From contig CAWDML010000009.1 in assembly GCA_963803435.1 (NCBI GenBank), forward strand, positions 192,001 to 256,000: DNA of 64,000 nt, in the 5' to 3' direction. Source of the DNA: an uncultured delta proteobacterium. GTDB lineage: Bacteria > Myxococcota > Kuafuiibacteriia > Kuafuiibacteriales > Kuafuiibacteriaceae. Positions within the stretch are counted from its first letter, which is position 1. Each line of letters begins with the position of its first letter. The position numbers were made by a program, and so were the translations under genes. Below, piece after piece: positions 39,725 through 49,394 of this stretch. Below the pieces are notes generated by a model that saw only the letters and a list, made by a program, of their open reading frames with translations, ran no database searches and was not told the origin of the DNA.

Positions 39725-41452
39725 GTGGGGGAGCCTTCCACCAAGCTGGCGCCTGGATTGACCCTCGGACCGTTCGTCCTGGCGGAGAAGCTCGCCCTGG
39801 GAGGGATGGCCGAGATCTGGTCGGCGGATGAAGGCGACCGGAGGGTCGCGCTCAAGATCCTCCTGCCCCTCTTCTCCAAGGATCAGAGCTTCCGGGCGAT
39901 GTTTCAGGACGAGGTCGACATCGCGACCAAGCTGACCCACGCCAACATCGTCGAGGTCTACGGCGCCCACGAGATCGACGGCTTCGTTTTCCAGTCGATG
40001 GAGCTCCTCGACGGCCGCGATCTCCGTCGCGTGCTCTCGGGGCTGGCCCGGGCCGGCCGGTGGTTTCCGGTGCGCTTCGCGCTCTACGTCGGGTTCCACA
40101 TGGCGCGGGCGCTCGCCCATGCGCACGCCCGTCGCGGAGCGGACGGACGCTCGCTCGAGATCGTCCATCGCGATGTCTCGCCCCACAACGTGATGATCGC
40201 GCTCGACGGTCGCGTGAAGGTGCTCGACTTCGGGATTGCGCGCGCCGCCGAGCGGCTGGCGCGGACCCGGCCCGGCGTGGTGAAGGGCAAGATCCCGTAC
40301 ATGGCGCCCGAGCAGGCGCTGGCTGTGGGGGTCACGCCGCAGACCGACATCTTCGCCGCGGGCGTGGTGCTGTGGGAGATGCTGGCGATGCGCCGCTTGT
40401 TCCGCGGCGATTCGGACCCGGAGCTCCTGCGGCAGGTCGTGCGGGCCGAGATTCCTCCGCTCCATGAGCAGAACGAGAAGGTCCCGACCGACGTCGCTCA
40501 GCTGATCCACAAGATGCTCGAGCAGCGGGCCGCGAATCGTCCTGCGTCGATGCACGAGGTGGAGAACGAGCTCCACCGAATGGTGGCGCGCCACTTCGGT
40601 GAGGTCACGCAGGCCGATCTCGCGCGTTGGGCAGCGCCCTATCTCGAGGAGAACAAGCGGGCGCCGACGATGGCGCTGCCGGTCGCGGGACCCGACGAGC
40701 CGGAGGGCGATCCGACGGAGCCTACGCCGGAGATCGGCGTGATCACCGAGCCGACGCCGGCGCCCGAGCCGGACGCGCTCTCGGCGGCCGCGCAGGATGC
40801 CTTCCAGGAGGCGATGGCGGGGTGGGAGTCGCCGGAGGATCCGGTCACCGGCGCGGACGAAACGCTGGCGATGCCGAACCTCGACGCGCTCCCCGAGGCG
40901 GACGAGTCGGAGGACGAGGCGCCGTCGACCGCGTCGGGTCCGACGGTCGCGATGCCGAGCGTCACGCTGCCCAGCTTCGTCTCGCCCGAGCAAGCGGAGC
41001 GCGCAGCGAGCCCCAGCGAGCGGAGTCGGGTGCGAGGGCCTCGCCCGAGCGGTCCCCATGAGCCGTCGAACGGCACGCCCACTCCCACGCCGGCGACGGG
41101 CGATCCGAGCGACGACGCGGCCACGGCGCACGTCCGGATGCCGACCCGGAGCGAGATCATCCGCGCCGTCGAGTCGGTGGCGACCATGCCGGTGCGGGCC
41201 GACCCCGCGCTGCTGGCCGGCATCGAGCAGCGCGTGCAGGTCTCCACCGCGCCGAGGACCCTCTCCGAGGAGCGTCCGTCGGTCGAGCGCGCCCCGGCGC
41301 CGCCCGGCGCGGTCACCGCCACGATGCAGGGCCAGGACGCCGTCATCACGCAATCGTCGCCACCCGTCCGCGTCAGCGTGCTCCCGCTGGTCGCGGTGGG
41401 GCTGGCGCTGCTGGCGGTGATCGTGCTGGCGCTCCTGGTGCTGGCGGACTAG
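39725..41452 (+). CDS. Ser/Thr protein kinase with C-terminal TM
   Basis: GGMAEIW, VALK, VHRDVSPHN, DFGIA, YMAPEQ. Confidence 0.92.
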   Translation: MGEPSTKLAPGLTLGPFVLAEKLALGGMAEIWSADEGDRRVALKILLPLFSKDQSFRAMFQDEVDIATKLTHANIVEVYGAHEIDGFVFQSMELLDGRDLRRVLSGLARAGRWFPVRFALYVGFHMARALAHAHARRGADGRSLEIVHRDVSPHNVMIALDGRVKVLDFGIARAAERLARTRPGVVKGKIPYMAPEQALAVGVTPQTDIFAAGVVLWEMLAMRRLFRGDSDPELLRQVVRAEIPPLHEQNEKVPTDVAQLIHKMLEQRAANRPASMHEVENELHRMVARHFGEVTQADLARWAAPYLEENKRAPTMALPVAGPDEPEGDPTEPTPEIGVITEPTPAPEPDALSAAAQDAFQEAMAGWESPEDPVTGADETLAMPNLDALPEADESEDEAPSTASGPTVAMPSVTLPSFVSPEQAERAASPSERSRVRGPRPSGPHEPSNGTPTPTPATGDPSDDAATAHVRMPTRSEIIRAVESVATMPVRADPALLAGIEQRVQVSTAPRTLSEERPSVERAPAPPGAVTATMQGQDAVITQSSPPVRVSVLPLVAVGLALLAVIVLALLVLAD

Positions 41453-41463
41453 AGCAAGCGGCC

Positions 41464-42333
41464 ATGCCGTATGAGTCCATCCTGCGACGGGATCTATTCC
41501 GCGATCAGGTCGGGATCGTCACCGGCGGCGGGAGCGGCATCGGTCGCTGCATCGCCCACGAGCTGGCGGCGCTGGGGGCGCGCGTGGTGCTGGCGTCGAG
41601 GAGCGAGGAGAAGCTCCGAGCCGTGGCGGCCGAGATCCAAGAGGACGGGGGCCGCGCCGACGTCGTGGTGTGCAACATCCGGGACGAGGCCCAGGTCGAG
41701 TCCCTGATCGCCACCGCGGTGAAGCGGCACGGGCGGCTCGACTTCCTCATCAACAACGGCGGCGGTCAGTTCCTGTCACCGTCGGAGAGCATCACGCTCA
41801 AGGGCTGGTCCGCCGTCGTCGACACGAACCTGACCGGCACGTTCTTGATGTGCCGCGAAGCGATGCGCCAGTGGATGGGCGAGCACGGCGGCGCGATCGT
41901 CAACATCGTGGCCGACATGTTCCGCGGCATGCCGATGATGGCGCACTCGGGTGCGGCCCGGGCCGGCGTGGTCAACCTCACCCAGACGCTGGCGCTCGAG
42001 TGGGCCCAGCATGGGATCCGGATCAACGCAGTGGCCCCAGGGATGATCCTGTCGAGCGGATTCAAGAACTACCCGGAGCCGGTGCAGGAGGCGATGAAGA
42101 GCATTCCGAGAGAGGCCATCCCGATGCGGCGCTTCGGTACGGAGAGCGAGGTCAGCGCAGCCGTCGCGTTCCTGCTGTCGCCCGGCGCCGCGTACATCAC
42201 GGGGGTCACCGTGCGGGTCGACGGTGCATCCTCCCTTTACCGACACGCCTTCGCGTTACCGGACAGCGCGCCCACCTCGGCGTTCTCTGGTTTCCATCGG
42301 AAGGCGGATGTACCCTCCGGTTTGGACGAGTGA
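41464..42333 (+). CDS. SDR oxidoreductase (trans-2-enoyl-CoA reductase/AtuB-like)
   Basis: TGGGSGIG, NNGGGQF, HSGAARAG, RINAVAPG. Confidence 0.9.
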   Translation: MPYESILRRDLFRDQVGIVTGGGSGIGRCIAHELAALGARVVLASRSEEKLRAVAAEIQEDGGRADVVVCNIRDEAQVESLIATAVKRHGRLDFLINNGGGQFLSPSESITLKGWSAVVDTNLTGTFLMCREAMRQWMGEHGGAIVNIVADMFRGMPMMAHSGAARAGVVNLTQTLALEWAQHGIRINAVAPGMILSSGFKNYPEPVQEAMKSIPREAIPMRRFGTESEVSAAVAFLLSPGAAYITGVTVRVDGASSLYRHAFALPDSAPTSAFSGFHRKADVPSGLDE

Positions 42334-44372
42334 CTCGGCCGGGTGAGTTCGTAGGTGCCTACCAGCTGGTCCGGCACCTCGGCGAAGGTCCGTTCGGGAT
42401 GGTGTGGCTGGCGAGGGCGGCATCGTCTGGAACGACGTGTGCCCTCAAGCTTCTCCGCCCCGGATTCGTCGAACGCCCCGAGGGGCAAGCCGCGTTCTCC
42501 CGGCTGATCGCCTCGGTCCAGATCCACGGTCGCCTCCACCACCCGAACCTGGTCGAGATCCACGAGGCTGTACAGGACCCGGCGCGCCACCTCTTCGGGA
42601 TCGCGATGGGGTACGTGGAGGGCCAGACGCTGGCCGACATCCCGATTCCTCCGGCGGTCGTGCACGGGCAGGACCTCCGCGGCCTGGCCACCGTCCTCTC
42701 CTGGTTCGAGGAGTTGGGCGCCAGCCTCGCCTGGCTGCACACCCAGCGGATCGTGCACGGCAACCTGAAGCCGACGAACGTCATGCTGTCGGAGCAGCAA
42801 GGCCGCTCGGTCGTGAAGGTCCTCGATCTCTGCTGGGCCGCGATCGGCATCGCGGCGCCGCCCGCCCACGCCCCCTGGTCCGTGTCTCCCGAGCAGTTAC
42901 GGGGACAGCCGCCCACCAAGGACTCCGATCAGTGGGCGCTGGCGTCGATGCTGACGCGGATGCTCAACGGGGGGCACGCGCAGCCGCGCCTCGGGGTGCT
43001 GCCACAGGTGCTGGTCATGGCGCTGACCCGCGCGCTCGACGAGCGGCCGACCAACCGTTTTCCGCACATGGCGGACCTGGTGAGCGCGATCCGCGCGATC
43101 CGGATCGAGATCGAGCAGCGCGCGCGGGAGTCGACGCCGGGTCGCGCGCGCCGCGCCTTCGCCGACAGCGCGGTCGATCCGATCGACTTCTCGGAGGACC
43201 TCGAGACGGTGCGGAAGAAGGTTCCGAAGGACGGAAGCTCGCCCGCGGTCCCGAAGAACGGGACGCCCTCCTACCGGCCGGACACACCGCTGCTGGTCGG
43301 AGACCTGGAGGCCACGCAGCGCAGCGGTGCCACCCCGTTCTCGAAGCGGGTGAGCGAGCTGCCGATGGTCCCCGAGTCGCGCGCGCTCTCGAAGGAGATC
43401 TCCGACGAGAACGACGCCGCGCCGCTCGCGGTCGAGATCAACACCGGTGAGCACCAGGTCCCCGCGCTCCGCCACGACATCGGCGATCCGTTCGAAGGCC
43501 CGCTCATGCCCGACGAGCTCAGCAGCGAGACGCCGGCGCTGGTTGACTCGGAGCCTTCCCTTTCGCTGGGCGAAGCGTTCGATGAGCCGGAGGTCGCGCC
43601 CACCCACCCGTCCGTGGTGAGCGGGCGCGCGCGCTCGCGGCTCACCACGTTCGGCGTGCTGTTCTTCGTGATCGCCGCGCTGATCGCCGTGGCCGCGCTG
43701 GCGATGCTCGGCGACGAGACCGCGCCCGAGGAGAAGGTCCGCGTGACGCCGCCGGCCTCCGAGCTCGCCGCCTCTCGCGCGCAGCCCCCTGACGTGCCGC
43801 CGCCCGAGCCGGAGGGGACCGAGACCCCCGTCGTCGACCCGCCGCCCGCGCCCCCACCACCCGCGCCGCCGCCGCCGGTGGCCCCGCCGCCGCCCGCGGT
43901 CGTCAAGTCGCCGCCGCCCGCGCCGCCGCCGCCGGTGGTCTCGCCGCCGCCGTCCCGAACACCGCCGCCGTCGCGCCCTCCGCCCGAGAAGGCAAAGCCG
44001 CCGCCGGCGAAGGACTACGACGACCTGGACGAGAAGGCGGACGAGGCGCTGGCCAAGCTCCTCGGCGAGGAGCGGAAGCAGACCGATCGGGAGATCTCGG
44101 TCGCCTGCGACGAGGGCGACGGCAAGGCCTGCGTCGAGCTAGGCGACCGGCTGGCGACCAAGAAGGTGGCCGACAAGGCGGCGAAGGCGTTCGAGCGTGC
44201 CTGCACCTTCGGGATCGCCGACGGTTGTCACCGCGCTGCGGTCATCGAGGGCGTCGAGGCGAAGCCCGAGCTGGAGGCGCGCGCTTGCGAGCTCGGCCGC
44301 AAGCTATCTTGCAAGGAGCCGCCGGCCCCTCCGCCGCCGGAGGTGGCGAAGACGGAGACGTCCTCGACCTGA
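42330..44372 (+). CDS. Ser/Thr kinase-like protein (probable pseudokinase) with TM, Pro-rich linker and Sel1-like Cys tail
   Basis: LGEGPFG, CALK, VHGNLKPTN, DLC, SPEQ, SDQWALA; C-terminal ACDEGDGKAC...FERAC repeats. Confidence 0.8.
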   Translation: MTRPGEFVGAYQLVRHLGEGPFGMVWLARAASSGTTCALKLLRPGFVERPEGQAAFSRLIASVQIHGRLHHPNLVEIHEAVQDPARHLFGIAMGYVEGQTLADIPIPPAVVHGQDLRGLATVLSWFEELGASLAWLHTQRIVHGNLKPTNVMLSEQQGRSVVKVLDLCWAAIGIAAPPAHAPWSVSPEQLRGQPPTKDSDQWALASMLTRMLNGGHAQPRLGVLPQVLVMALTRALDERPTNRFPHMADLVSAIRAIRIEIEQRARESTPGRARRAFADSAVDPIDFSEDLETVRKKVPKDGSSPAVPKNGTPSYRPDTPLLVGDLEATQRSGATPFSKRVSELPMVPESRALSKEISDENDAAPLAVEINTGEHQVPALRHDIGDPFEGPLMPDELSSETPALVDSEPSLSLGEAFDEPEVAPTHPSVVSGRARSRLTTFGVLFFVIAALIAVAALAMLGDETAPEEKVRVTPPASELAASRAQPPDVPPPEPEGTETPVVDPPPAPPPPAPPPPVAPPPPAVVKSPPPAPPPPVVSPPPSRTPPPSRPPPEKAKPPPAKDYDDLDEKADEALAKLLGEERKQTDREISVACDEGDGKACVELGDRLATKKVADKAAKAFERACTFGIADGCHRAAVIEGVEAKPELEARACELGRKLSCKEPPAPPPPEVAKTETSST

Positions 44373-44381
44373 GGCTCCAAC

Positions 44382-44900
44382 ATGCCGAGCGCCGCGATCC
44401 CGATCTTTTTGATGGTGGCACTGGCGGTGCCGCCGGCCGAACGCCGGATCTCGCTGGACGTCGTGGACGCCGATATCCACGACGTGGTTCGGCTCCTGGG
44501 CGAGGCGGGTCGGGTCAACGTCGTGATCCCCGACGAGGTGAAGGGTCGCGTCACGGTGGCGCTGAAGGACGTGCCCTGGCCGCAGGCGCTGGCCGTGGTG
44601 CTCGCCTCGAAGGGGCTCGGCCAGCAGCGCACCGGCGATGTCATCGAGATCGACACGCTCGAGCGCATCGTCGCGCGGACCCGTACCGAGGCCGCCATCG
44701 GGGAGGCGCGGGAGGGCTCGGGCGAGCTGCTCACGGTCCTCATCCCGCTCCGCTACGCCCGGGCGGCGGAGATGGCCCCACTGGTCCGCGCCCTCTTGAC
44801 GCCGCGCGGGCGGGTGGAGGTCGATGCTCGAACGAACGTCCTCATCGTCACTGACGTGGCGTACAGCGCGGAGCGGATCCGGCGATCGCTGGGGATCTGA
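44382..44900 (+). CDS. Stand-alone secretin N-terminal domain protein (PilQ N0/N1-like, no pore domain)
   Basis: RISLDVVDADIHDVVRLL...VTVALKDVPWPQAL; IPLRYARA...VDARTNVLIVTD; stops at 172 aa. Confidence 0.8.
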   Translation: MPSAAIPIFLMVALAVPPAERRISLDVVDADIHDVVRLLGEAGRVNVVIPDEVKGRVTVALKDVPWPQALAVVLASKGLGQQRTGDVIEIDTLERIVARTRTEAAIGEAREGSGELLTVLIPLRYARAAEMAPLVRALLTPRGRVEVDARTNVLIVTDVAYSAERIRRSLGI

Positions 44901-44936
44901 TGCCTCGAGTCCACGATCGATGCTATCGGTCGGGCC

Positions 44937-46952
44937 GTGCGGCTTCCCTCGATCCTGCTCCTCGCCTGCATGACCGCCTGCTCGGGCACGAGCGCGCCTC
45001 CGTTCGGTGAGCCGCTCCTCGTGGAGGGTCTCCTCGGGTGCCCGAACGACGCGATCGACGGCACGCATCGGGACGACTACCGCTGCGTCACCCATCGCGC
45101 CGTCGGTGGGATCAGCATGGGCGGGGGCGCCGCGATGCGCTGGGCGCTCGAGAACCCGGAGCTCTTCGACGTGTCCGTCAGCCTGGGCTCGCCGTACATC
45201 GACCTCGAGTACTTCCTGATCTCGGTGAGTCAGGTCTCGAACGGCGGCTTCTGCCCGCAGGCCCAGCTGCTCGATCATCTCGATCGCATCGACATGAAGG
45301 ATGATCCGCTGACCTGGTGCGGTCCGGTTCACTTTACGGAGCTGGCGCTCCCGGACACCACCTGCGATGGCTTCTCCGGCGACTACAACCACTATTATCG
45401 TGGACCGTCCGCGGGCAGCGGGGGAAGCTTCAACCGCGAAGCGTCGCTGCAGATCGTCCAGGACCTGGCGATCGCATACGGCAACCCAGCCTTCTACAAT
45501 CCCGACGATCCGTATCTGCCGCCCGGTGTCCCGGCATCTCAGCACGTCCCTCTCGAGCTGGACGGCGACGATCGCGGCGCCGAGCGCGCCGCCGCCCGCG
45601 CCGACATCTGCGCCCATCCGATCACGCTCGAGCACTTCTACGACAGCGCCTACAACCCCACCGGCGAGTATCCGGTGATCACGTACTGCGACGGCAACGG
45701 CTCCACCAACGGCGAGTATCAGCCCGGCGTCGCCACGTTTCCGGTCGAGGTGGTGCTCGCGGTCGATCTCAACCGAAACGGGCGGCGCGACTACGGCGAG
45801 CCGGTGATCGCGCAGCCGTACGAGCTCTGGGACGACGTCGGCTCCGACGGGATCCCGGACGCGATGGAGCCGGGCTACGATCCGGTGTCCAACCCGGATC
45901 CAGACGGTGACGACTACCACTGGCTCGACCGCCCGCTGGGGACCGAGAACAACTACCGGCCCGACCCGGGGGAGCCGCAGCGCGACGATGGGCTCGACAA
46001 CGTCCCGGGCACCGGCGACTTCGGCGAGGGCAACGGCGTCGCGGATCGCAACCCGAACGTGGACGTCTGGTTCGATCACTCGCCGCGCAAGCTGCTCGAG
46101 GAGATCGATCCGGTGATGCTGGCGCGGCTCCACCTGTGGGCCGACGCCGGCATCCGGGACTTTCTCCTCTCGGCGCAGATCACAAATCAGTTCTGGGGAG
46201 CGCTCCGCGCCCGCGGCGAGGAGGGCGCGCTGTTCTCCGACTGGTCCGATCTCGCCCAAGTGGCGCAGGGCGGCGGCGCGTACAATCCGCGGACCGCGGA
46301 TCTCTCCGAGGCGCGCATCGGACGTCACGGTTATCTGCGCTACGGTGACCCCTCCGTCTGTCCCGGGGTCGACGCGGAGACGGGGCGCGGCAACCATGTG
46401 GGCTCGCCGCGCGAGGCGCTGGACCGGGTGTTGACGTCGTTCGCGTTCGCATCGGCGCGGCTCGAGGGCGGAGACTTCGAGGCGCTGTCCGGCAGCCTCG
46501 CCGATCAGGGGAGCCCGACGGGGTCAATCGAGGACTTCGTCCTGATCCGATCGTTCGCCAGCGACGCCCTCGGCCGCGACGTGCCCTACGTGGCGATGCT
46601 CCCGCCCGACTACTACCTCCATCCGGAGGCCCGCTACCCGGTCATGTACTTCTTCCACGGCCAGGGGCAGTCCGTGACGGACCTGGCGGCGAGCGCCCTT
46701 CTGATCCTGGGGCCCCAGATGAGCTCGGACGTCAACGAGCGCAACCGCGCACGCCGGTCGGACTGGCAGAAAATGATCATCGTCCTCGCTGACGGGCAAT
46801 GCCGCGCCGGCGAGTGCCACACCGGCACGTTCTTCATCGATCACCGCGGGGTGGGAGGCGAATCGTTCGCGCACGGGGACGCCTTCCTCGAGCTGATGAG
46901 GGAGATCGACCGCACATTCCGGACCAAGGCTCCCGAGATGCTGGCGAAATGA
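44937..46952 (+). CDS. Alpha/beta-hydrolase (esterase-family) lipoprotein, circularly permuted
   Basis: Lipobox MTAC, GISMGG near the N-terminus, LPPDY...YPVMYFFHG near the C-terminus. Confidence 0.75.
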   Translation: MRLPSILLLACMTACSGTSAPPFGEPLLVEGLLGCPNDAIDGTHRDDYRCVTHRAVGGISMGGGAAMRWALENPELFDVSVSLGSPYIDLEYFLISVSQVSNGGFCPQAQLLDHLDRIDMKDDPLTWCGPVHFTELALPDTTCDGFSGDYNHYYRGPSAGSGGSFNREASLQIVQDLAIAYGNPAFYNPDDPYLPPGVPASQHVPLELDGDDRGAERAAARADICAHPITLEHFYDSAYNPTGEYPVITYCDGNGSTNGEYQPGVATFPVEVVLAVDLNRNGRRDYGEPVIAQPYELWDDVGSDGIPDAMEPGYDPVSNPDPDGDDYHWLDRPLGTENNYRPDPGEPQRDDGLDNVPGTGDFGEGNGVADRNPNVDVWFDHSPRKLLEEIDPVMLARLHLWADAGIRDFLLSAQITNQFWGALRARGEEGALFSDWSDLAQVAQGGGAYNPRTADLSEARIGRHGYLRYGDPSVCPGVDAETGRGNHVGSPREALDRVLTSFAFASARLEGGDFEALSGSLADQGSPTGSIEDFVLIRSFASDALGRDVPYVAMLPPDYYLHPEARYPVMYFFHGQGQSVTDLAASALLILGPQMSSDVNERNRARRSDWQKMIIVLADGQCRAGECHTGTFFIDHRGVGGESFAHGDAFLELMREIDRTFRTKAPEMLAK

Positions 46953-47016
46953 CGTGTGTGCTAGACTCCTGAGCGTGGCGGGGGAAGGCGAGAACCGCAA
47001 GAAAGGTTCCCCAAGA

Positions 47017-47628
47017 GTGGCTACCTCCGACAACGAGCCCCGCGAGCTGGTCGAGGTCGAGGTCGAGGAGGCCGAGGATCTTCAGGTCGAGCTTCGGCCC
47101 GAGCCCGGGCCGGTCACCGTCGGCGACGTCATGGACGGCGCCAAGGATCTGGTGGGCAACATGGCCACCGGGATCCGTCGCGCGGTCGACAAGGGCCGCT
47201 ATCGCAAGATCCGGGTGACCCGCAACGGCAAGCAGGTGCTCCCCGACATCCCGCTGGCGGCTGCGGCCGCGTTCGAGGCGGCCTCTCTCTACGGCGCCGG
47301 TTTCGCCCGGGTCCTGGGGGTCAACGTGGCCGCGCGCTTCCTCTTCGACTTCGAGGTCGTGAACGAAGCCGACAAGTACTTCAAGGCCGGGACCGAGTCG
47401 TTCCTCGAGGGCGACTTCGAGCGTTCAGAGCAATCGCTGCTCAAGGCCGTCCGGATCGACGACACGCATGCTGCGGCGTACCTCCAGCTCGGCGTGCTCT
47501 ATCGGCTTCAAGGAGAGGTGGACAAGGCAGAGAAGGTGCTCGAGCGGGCCCACGGCCTCGACGATGCCGGTGAGATCGGCAAGAAGGCGAACGACATTCT
47601 CCGACAAATTCGGCGCGAAGCGGAGTGA
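47017..47628 (+). CDS. TPR-containing protein with DUF4342-like N-terminal part
   Basis: IRRAVDKGRYRKIRV...DIPL; TPR HAAAYLQLGVLYRLQGEVDKAEKVLERA. Confidence 0.65.
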   Translation: MATSDNEPRELVEVEVEEAEDLQVELRPEPGPVTVGDVMDGAKDLVGNMATGIRRAVDKGRYRKIRVTRNGKQVLPDIPLAAAAAFEAASLYGAGFARVLGVNVAARFLFDFEVVNEADKYFKAGTESFLEGDFERSEQSLLKAVRIDDTHAAAYLQLGVLYRLQGEVDKAEKVLERAHGLDDAGEIGKKANDILRQIRREAE

Positions 47629-49388
47629 GCGAGCCCAAGCCAAAGGCCCGCGAAGGGCTGCTGACGCACGACCACAGCAAACGGGGCCGGCGCTTGGTGA
47701 CGATCCTCAATCCGCTCCATGGCCGGGTCACGCTGCTCGAGCCGTGGGAGCACGCGGTGCTGGTGCTCTGCGACGGCACGCACACCCCCCGCCAGATGCT
47801 GGACGTGCTCGATCATCCGATCGAAGGCGAGACCGTCGATCTCAAGTCGGTGCAGCGCGCGCTTCGCTTCTTCGAGCAGCAGGATGTGATCGAACCGATC
47901 GGGCTGGTGAAGCAGGAGGAGCAGCGGACGCCCGGCGCACGTACGCTGGCGGGCCTCCAGCAGGCGTATCGCGAGTGGCACAAGGATCCGGCCAAGACCG
48001 GCCAGATCCTGAGCGGCGTGCTCCCGCTGCCGTATCCCGATCCCTCCAACATGAAGGTGCCGATCGGGCTCGACCCCACCGTCGCGCTGCCCGAGGACGA
48101 GGAGAAGCCGCGGCATCCGGTGGCGATCGGGACGACCCTGGTGGTCGGTGATCTCTCCGACGAGCCCGACGGTCGCGCGATGAAGAGCCTGCTCCAGAAG
48201 CAGGACGAGCCCTCGACGATGGTGGGGAGCCTCGCTGGCGACGGCCAGGCCGAGGTCGCGGCGGGTGAGTTCGAGGAGGATGAGCTCGAGCTCGGCGGCA
48301 AGCTGTCGGACCTCTTGGCCGCGGTCGACAATGACTTCGCCGAGGTCGAGAAGCGCGAGCGCGAGCGCGAGGCGAAGAACAAGACCGATCGGCCGAAGGC
48401 GAAGAAGGCTCCGCCGCCGGTCGGACGTCCCATCGCCGGGGTTGCTGAGGTGCCGCGCGCGAAGAGCCTGGCCAAGCCGAACGCGAACGTGTGGCTGGCC
48501 GAGATGGACGAGAAGCCGGCGACGCGCGTCATCACGGATCCCGATCAGCCGATGCCGGCGCGACCGAACGTCCTGCGGGCCCCGACGCTTCCACCCGGCA
48601 TCGACGTCGCCGAGACGGCGGTGACCGACGAGCCGACGATGAGGTCGATCGTGTATTCGGAGGCCGCGCTGCGTCCCACCATGGTGGGCATTCCGGCGGA
48701 CGAGGGCGACGAGCCGGTGCTGCTGGTCCCGCCGCGCTCCGCCTCGAGAGCCGATGATTGGGTCGGGGCCGTCGTCGCGGCCGAGCACATCCCGGCGCAG
48801 CGGAACGTGGCGACGATCGAGGACACACTCCCGTACCTCGAGATGCAGACCGAGGGCGGGGTCGATCCGGAAGATCCGCTCAACGGCCACCCCAACACCG
48901 AGCCGTTCGTGAAGGCCCGCGACGACAATCCGACCACGACGGCGGGCACTGAGCACATCGCTCCCGGTCGCGCCCGCGAGGTCTTCGAACGCCTTCGCAA
49001 GGCCGGTCTCAAGGCTCGCAGCTACTCCGATGAGGCGCTCGACGAGCCCCGCGGTGACGAGCACCTGGCCCGCCGCAAGGACGACAAGGCCGCCCGTCGT
49101 TTCGAGCAAGCGCTGGTCAGCCTCACCGCGGGCGATCTCGGCTTGGCGCTGGCTCACTTCCGCGCGCTGTTCGATCAGATGCCCGACTCGAAGCGCCTCC
49201 GCGGGTTCATCGACGCGATCGAGTCCGTCCGCGACGAGCAGCAGTTCCAGCCCTCGATCCTCGAGGACTTCGAGGCCGCCCTCGAAGACGCGATTGCCTA
49301 TGGGCGGTGTCCGAAGTGCTTCTCGATGATGGCGCCCGACGAGGGCGAGTGCTTCGCTTGCGGCTTCCGGCTGAGCCGGACCATCTGA
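47625..49388 (+). CDS. Hypothetical protein: PqqD/RRE-like N-terminus, disordered middle, C-terminal zinc ribbon
   Basis: ILNPLHGRVTLLEPWEHAVLVLCDGTHT; CPKC-x10-CFACG. GTG overlaps the upstream stop. Confidence 0.6.
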   Translation: MSEPKPKAREGLLTHDHSKRGRRLVTILNPLHGRVTLLEPWEHAVLVLCDGTHTPRQMLDVLDHPIEGETVDLKSVQRALRFFEQQDVIEPIGLVKQEEQRTPGARTLAGLQQAYREWHKDPAKTGQILSGVLPLPYPDPSNMKVPIGLDPTVALPEDEEKPRHPVAIGTTLVVGDLSDEPDGRAMKSLLQKQDEPSTMVGSLAGDGQAEVAAGEFEEDELELGGKLSDLLAAVDNDFAEVEKREREREAKNKTDRPKAKKAPPPVGRPIAGVAEVPRAKSLAKPNANVWLAEMDEKPATRVITDPDQPMPARPNVLRAPTLPPGIDVAETAVTDEPTMRSIVYSEAALRPTMVGIPADEGDEPVLLVPPRSASRADDWVGAVVAAEHIPAQRNVATIEDTLPYLEMQTEGGVDPEDPLNGHPNTEPFVKARDDNPTTTAGTEHIAPGRAREVFERLRKAGLKARSYSDEALDEPRGDEHLARRKDDKAARRFEQALVSLTAGDLGLALAHFRALFDQMPDSKRLRGFIDAIESVRDEQQFQPSILEDFEAALEDAIAYGRCPKCFSMMAPDEGECFACGFRLSRTI

Positions 49389-49394
49389 CGCCCG

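Noticed and set aside
43790-44010. CCG-rich low-complexity tract (also GGC tracts at 27260-27460 and 19335-19360)
   Set aside because: Fully explained by poly-Pro or poly-Gly coding.
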